31,275 bases of DNA from the NCBI GenBank assembly GCA_046757025.1, contig JBHHXN010000051.1, positions 1-31,275 of the forward strand, given 5' to 3'. This stretch comes from a bacterium (GTDB taxonomy: Bacteria > Zhuqueibacterota > Zhuqueibacteria > Oceanimicrobiales > Oceanimicrobiaceae). Positions 28,226-31,275 of this stretch are shown here, one piece after another. Numbering within the stretch: position 1 is the first letter of the stretch; each line of letters starts with the position of its first letter. The position numbers and the translations under genes are program-made. The notes under the pieces are model-generated. The model was not told the origin of the DNA. It saw only the letters and a list, made by a program, of their open reading frames with translations, and ran no database searches.

Positions 28226-29119
28226 TCAGGTCACGGGTTTGAGCAGCCATTTTTCCGGCGCGTCCTTTTCGCCGTTTGCCATTTTCATGGCTAGGTTTTC
28301 CGTCAGGGCAGCCCGGGCTTGCTCGATCACTTGCGGGTCGATGCCAAAATACTTCTGAATGGAAGCGTGATAATTTTTTCGGATATTGTGATTTTTCTTG
28401 CCTTGAAACGTGGTTTCGCGCATGAAATTTTTTCGAACGTACAGAAGTCCGCCGGGCATAATTCGGGTCAGACATAGGCCGTTCATGGAATTCCAACCGA
28501 ATGAAGCCAACCAGTGTTGTAAAAATTCTTCAGGCGGCACGGGTCGGTCTTGAAACCGATAGCGCCACTTTGTACTCATTTTGTCGAACGTGAATAAATC
28601 GTAGTGTTGATTTTGAACATGGTAGCGCAATTCAACACCCGTGAACTCACCGCGGAAAAGCCGCGGTTTTGTCGGGTTTAATTCCATCGGCCGGGTAAGA
28701 AGGTAGCCGGGATCCACCAAATATTTCACTTCGTCCAAGACCACAATTAAGCAGCAATGGATATTTCGCCCGGCGCGCATGTCGGCCATGACCGGATACG
28801 TATCAAATCCGTGTTGTGCCAAAATCGAGTGCAGGAAGAATGTCAGCGAAAAGCAAGTGCCGCCAAGTTTATGTGAAATATGCTCGTGCATCACCTCGGC
28901 AGGCAGACGAATTATCGGTCCGCGCTGGTGGTGATATTGATTTAGCTTTATGATCTTGCTGACATTCTCATAAGGAATATTTGCATAATGTTGCAAAATA
29001 TCTTCTAAAAATAGGAGACTCGGTTTTTGGGCTCTTAGCTTAAAAAAATCCGTGAACTCCCACACGCCTTCCGACTGGCCGTGAGGATCTAATTGAATAT
29101 TGTGTTTGATCTCTGTCAT
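28226..29119 (-). CDS. Arylamine N-acetyltransferase family protein
   Basis: IPYEN, GGTCF (Cys), NIHCCL (His), YLVDPGY (Asp) triad. Probable start is ATG 29119; the upstream extension in the ORF track is spurious. Confidence 0.88.
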   Translation of the reverse strand: MTEIKHNIQLDPHGQSEGVWEFTDFFKLRAQKPSLLFLEDILQHYANIPYENVSKIIKLNQYHHQRGPIIRLPAEVMHEHISHKLGGTCFSLTFFLHSILAQHGFDTYPVMADMRAGRNIHCCLIVVLDEVKYLVDPGYLLTRPMELNPTKPRLFRGEFTGVELRYHVQNQHYDLFTFDKMSTKWRYRFQDRPVPPEEFLQHWLASFGWNSMNGLCLTRIMPGGLLYVRKNFMRETTFQGKKNHNIRKNYHASIQKYFGIDPQVIEQARAALTENLAMKMANGEKDAPEKWLLKPVT

Positions 29120-29360
29120 AAACTTCAATACAATTGAAATAATATAAAGAAAAAATGATCGGAAATCAAAAGAAATTGTGGTACTAAAATAAAATGGATA
29201 AAGCAAAAAATTCCATTGCAAAGTTGTAAAATACTTGCTATACTTTTGGTCAAATCTTTTACGTTGTGCATAGAAAATGAAATTGAAAACCACTGGGGGA
29301 GTCTGGTAAAAACAATGACTACGGACCATATCAACTAATCGCAAGCAACTGGAGGATAAA

Positions 29361-31190
29361 ATGCAGAAAATCGTGGAATGTGTGCCGAATTTTTCAGAAG
29401 GCAGAGATACGAGCTTGATCAAGAAAATTACCGACCAGATCGAATCGGTGCGCGGGGTGCAGCTTTTAGACGTGGATCCGGGCGAAAGCACGAACCGTAC
29501 CGTCGTGACTTTCATCGGGGAACCGCAGGCCGTCAAAGAGGCGGCTTTTCGCGCCGTCAAACAAGCGGCGGAGTTGATCGACATGTCCACACACCAGGGC
29601 GAACACGCCCGCATGGGCGCCACCGACGTCGTGCCTTTTGTGCCCGTGAGCGGCGCCACTATGGAGGATTGCGCGGAAATGGCGCGGGAAGTGGGTAAAC
29701 GCATCGGCGAGGGGCTCAACATTCCGGTGTATCTCTACGAACATGCAGCCGCAAGACCTGAGCGGCAAAACCTGGCCGCAGTTCGTGCGGGGGAATATGA
29801 AGGGCTGGCGCAAAAGTTAGCCGACCCTGAATGGAAACCCGATTTTGGACCTGCAAAATTCAATCCCAAAAGCGGCGCCACTGCAGTTGGAGCGAGAGAA
29901 TTTCTCATTGCCTACAACATCAATTTAAATACCATGGATCGCCGTTATGCCACCGACATCGCTTACGAGCTGCGCGAACGCGGGCGCTGGAAACGAGTGG
30001 GAAACATCACCCCTTTTTATTACAAAGGTCAGGTGGTCTATTTTGAAAAAGACAGATTTCCTTGTGGAGTTTGTGACCACATTGGTAAAACATTTTCAGA
30101 ATTAGCTGAACATTACCAGGAGACACATGGCGGCAATTTATACGCGCGCTATAAATCCATCGGACTGGATGTGAACAATTTGACCGGCCGGCCGGTTTAC
30201 AAGGACGGCAAATTCACCCACGCCAAAGCCGTGGGCTGGGTGGTAGACGATTACAAACGCGCACAAATTTCCATCAATCTCACCAATTACAAGATCACGC
30301 CGCCACACGCGGTATTTGAAGAGGCGAAACAATTAGCCCTCGAACGCGGCATCGTGATCAGCGGTTCGGAAATCGTCGGCGTGGTGCCGTTCGACACCAT
30401 GATGATGGCGGGCAAGTTTTATTTGAAGCGCATGCAAAAATCCACAGGGGTCCCCGTGCAGGACATTCTCGAAACCGCGGTGCAGTCCATGGGACTGCGT
30501 GAGGTCGCGGAATTCGAAATCGACAAAAAGGTGATCGGCATCCCTCAGAGAACGGGCGTGCTGGTGAATCAAAAAGTAGCGGATTTTGTGGATGAGGTGT
30601 CGCGGGATACGCCGGCGCCGGGCGGCGGCTCGATTTCCGCTCTGGCAGGCGCCCTGGGGGTGTCGCTGGCTTCCATGGTAGCCAACCTGTCTGTGGGCAA
30701 AAGCGAGTTCGATGACCAGTATGAAAACCTGTGTGAACTGGCCGAAGAAGCGCAAAAATTTAAAGATGATCTCCTGCTGGCGGTGGACGCAGATACCGAA
30801 GCTTTCAACGAAGTTTTGGACGCCATGCGCCTGCCCAAAGACACGCCAGCGCAGATATCCACCCGCGACGCCGCCATGAGTGCGGGCTACAAATCCGCTG
30901 CCCGGGTACCGTTGCGTACCGCTGAATTGTGCCGGGATGCGTTGCAGCTCTGCCTGCGCGCCGCACAAATCGGCAATGAGGCCGTGATGAGCGACGCCGG
31001 CGTGGGCGCGCTGATGGCGCTGGCGGGCGTGCAAGGCGCCATTTACAATGTGCGCATCAATCTGCCGCACACAAAAGACGCTGCGTTTGTGGAAGAAATG
31101 AGCAGAACTCTGAACAGCTTGTTAAATGAAGCAAAAGAAACTTGCGAGGCGGTGCAACGGGAAGTGGAGAAGAGTTTGGGGAAATTATAA
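29361..31190 (+). CDS. ftcD: Bifunctional glutamate formimidoyltransferase / formiminotetrahydrofolate cyclodeaminase with an internal insertion
   Basis: VECVPNFSEGRD, H.GEHARMGATDV.PF.P, GAREFLIAYNINL, TPAPGGGS, SDAGVG, NVRINL; GGAGG RBS. Confidence 0.96.
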   Translation: MQKIVECVPNFSEGRDTSLIKKITDQIESVRGVQLLDVDPGESTNRTVVTFIGEPQAVKEAAFRAVKQAAELIDMSTHQGEHARMGATDVVPFVPVSGATMEDCAEMAREVGKRIGEGLNIPVYLYEHAAARPERQNLAAVRAGEYEGLAQKLADPEWKPDFGPAKFNPKSGATAVGAREFLIAYNINLNTMDRRYATDIAYELRERGRWKRVGNITPFYYKGQVVYFEKDRFPCGVCDHIGKTFSELAEHYQETHGGNLYARYKSIGLDVNNLTGRPVYKDGKFTHAKAVGWVVDDYKRAQISINLTNYKITPPHAVFEEAKQLALERGIVISGSEIVGVVPFDTMMMAGKFYLKRMQKSTGVPVQDILETAVQSMGLREVAEFEIDKKVIGIPQRTGVLVNQKVADFVDEVSRDTPAPGGGSISALAGALGVSLASMVANLSVGKSEFDDQYENLCELAEEAQKFKDDLLLAVDADTEAFNEVLDAMRLPKDTPAQISTRDAAMSAGYKSAARVPLRTAELCRDALQLCLRAAQIGNEAVMSDAGVGALMALAGVQGAIYNVRINLPHTKDAAFVEEMSRTLNSLLNEAKETCEAVQREVEKSLGKL

Positions 31191-31275
31191 GAAAGAATGG
31201 CGTCATTTATTAATTGACAATAATCACTGTTGTCCCGACGTTGCGAAAAATCATTTGAGTTAAGTTATTAACATA

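Noticed and set aside
29120..29722. 201-aa N-terminal extension of the acetyltransferase ORF
   Set aside because: It runs antisense to ftcD and through the AT-rich divergent promoter; no protein-like signal.
30333..31070. Long antisense ORFs (also 7750-8430, 2587-3120, 20605-21135 and similar)
   Set aside because: Shadow frames of well-supported genes with no motifs.
31225..31275. Possible start of a mobile element after ftcD
   Set aside because: Truncated by the window edge; no supporting structure visible.

Overview
Bacterial chromosomal window. Gene content (RprX-like kinase, kinase-TolB-TPR protein, fused FtcD, T9SS-CTD-like module) suggests an FCB-group organism such as KSB1/Calditrichota; this is inference only. 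Left part: a sensor histidine kinase divergent from a + strand envelope cluster (serine hydrolase, frameshifted double-PDZ protein, hairpin/NEW3 membrane protein, alkaline phosphatase, ABC ATPase, two paralogous permeases). Between the permeases lies a nested mobile structure whose junctions can be read directly. It is a 1697-bp transposase-less element with IS66-like GTAAC...GTTAC ends and an 8-bp target duplication (TTTATTGT), carrying a four-helix-bundle (23S-IVP/Avd-like) gene framed by inverted heptamer arrays. A 1007-bp integron cassette (GIY-YIG nuclease + attC) has integrated exactly at that gene's start codon (ATG|ATA, a GWT secondary site). A second, gene-less attC-like cassette at another G|AT site precedes a Ser/Thr kinase gene. 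No integrase or transposase is in the window. Middle: an AT-rich accessory patch (nucleotidyltransferase pair, two orphan genes), the kinase, a membrane protein and an M1 aminopeptidase. Right: a glycerate kinase-pyk-eno run, a Dam-family methylase with a small PD-(D/E)XK nuclease, DUF4416, arylamine N-acetyltransferase, and an FtcD with an inserted C2H2 zinc-finger motif. No rRNA, tRNA or CRISPR array was seen.
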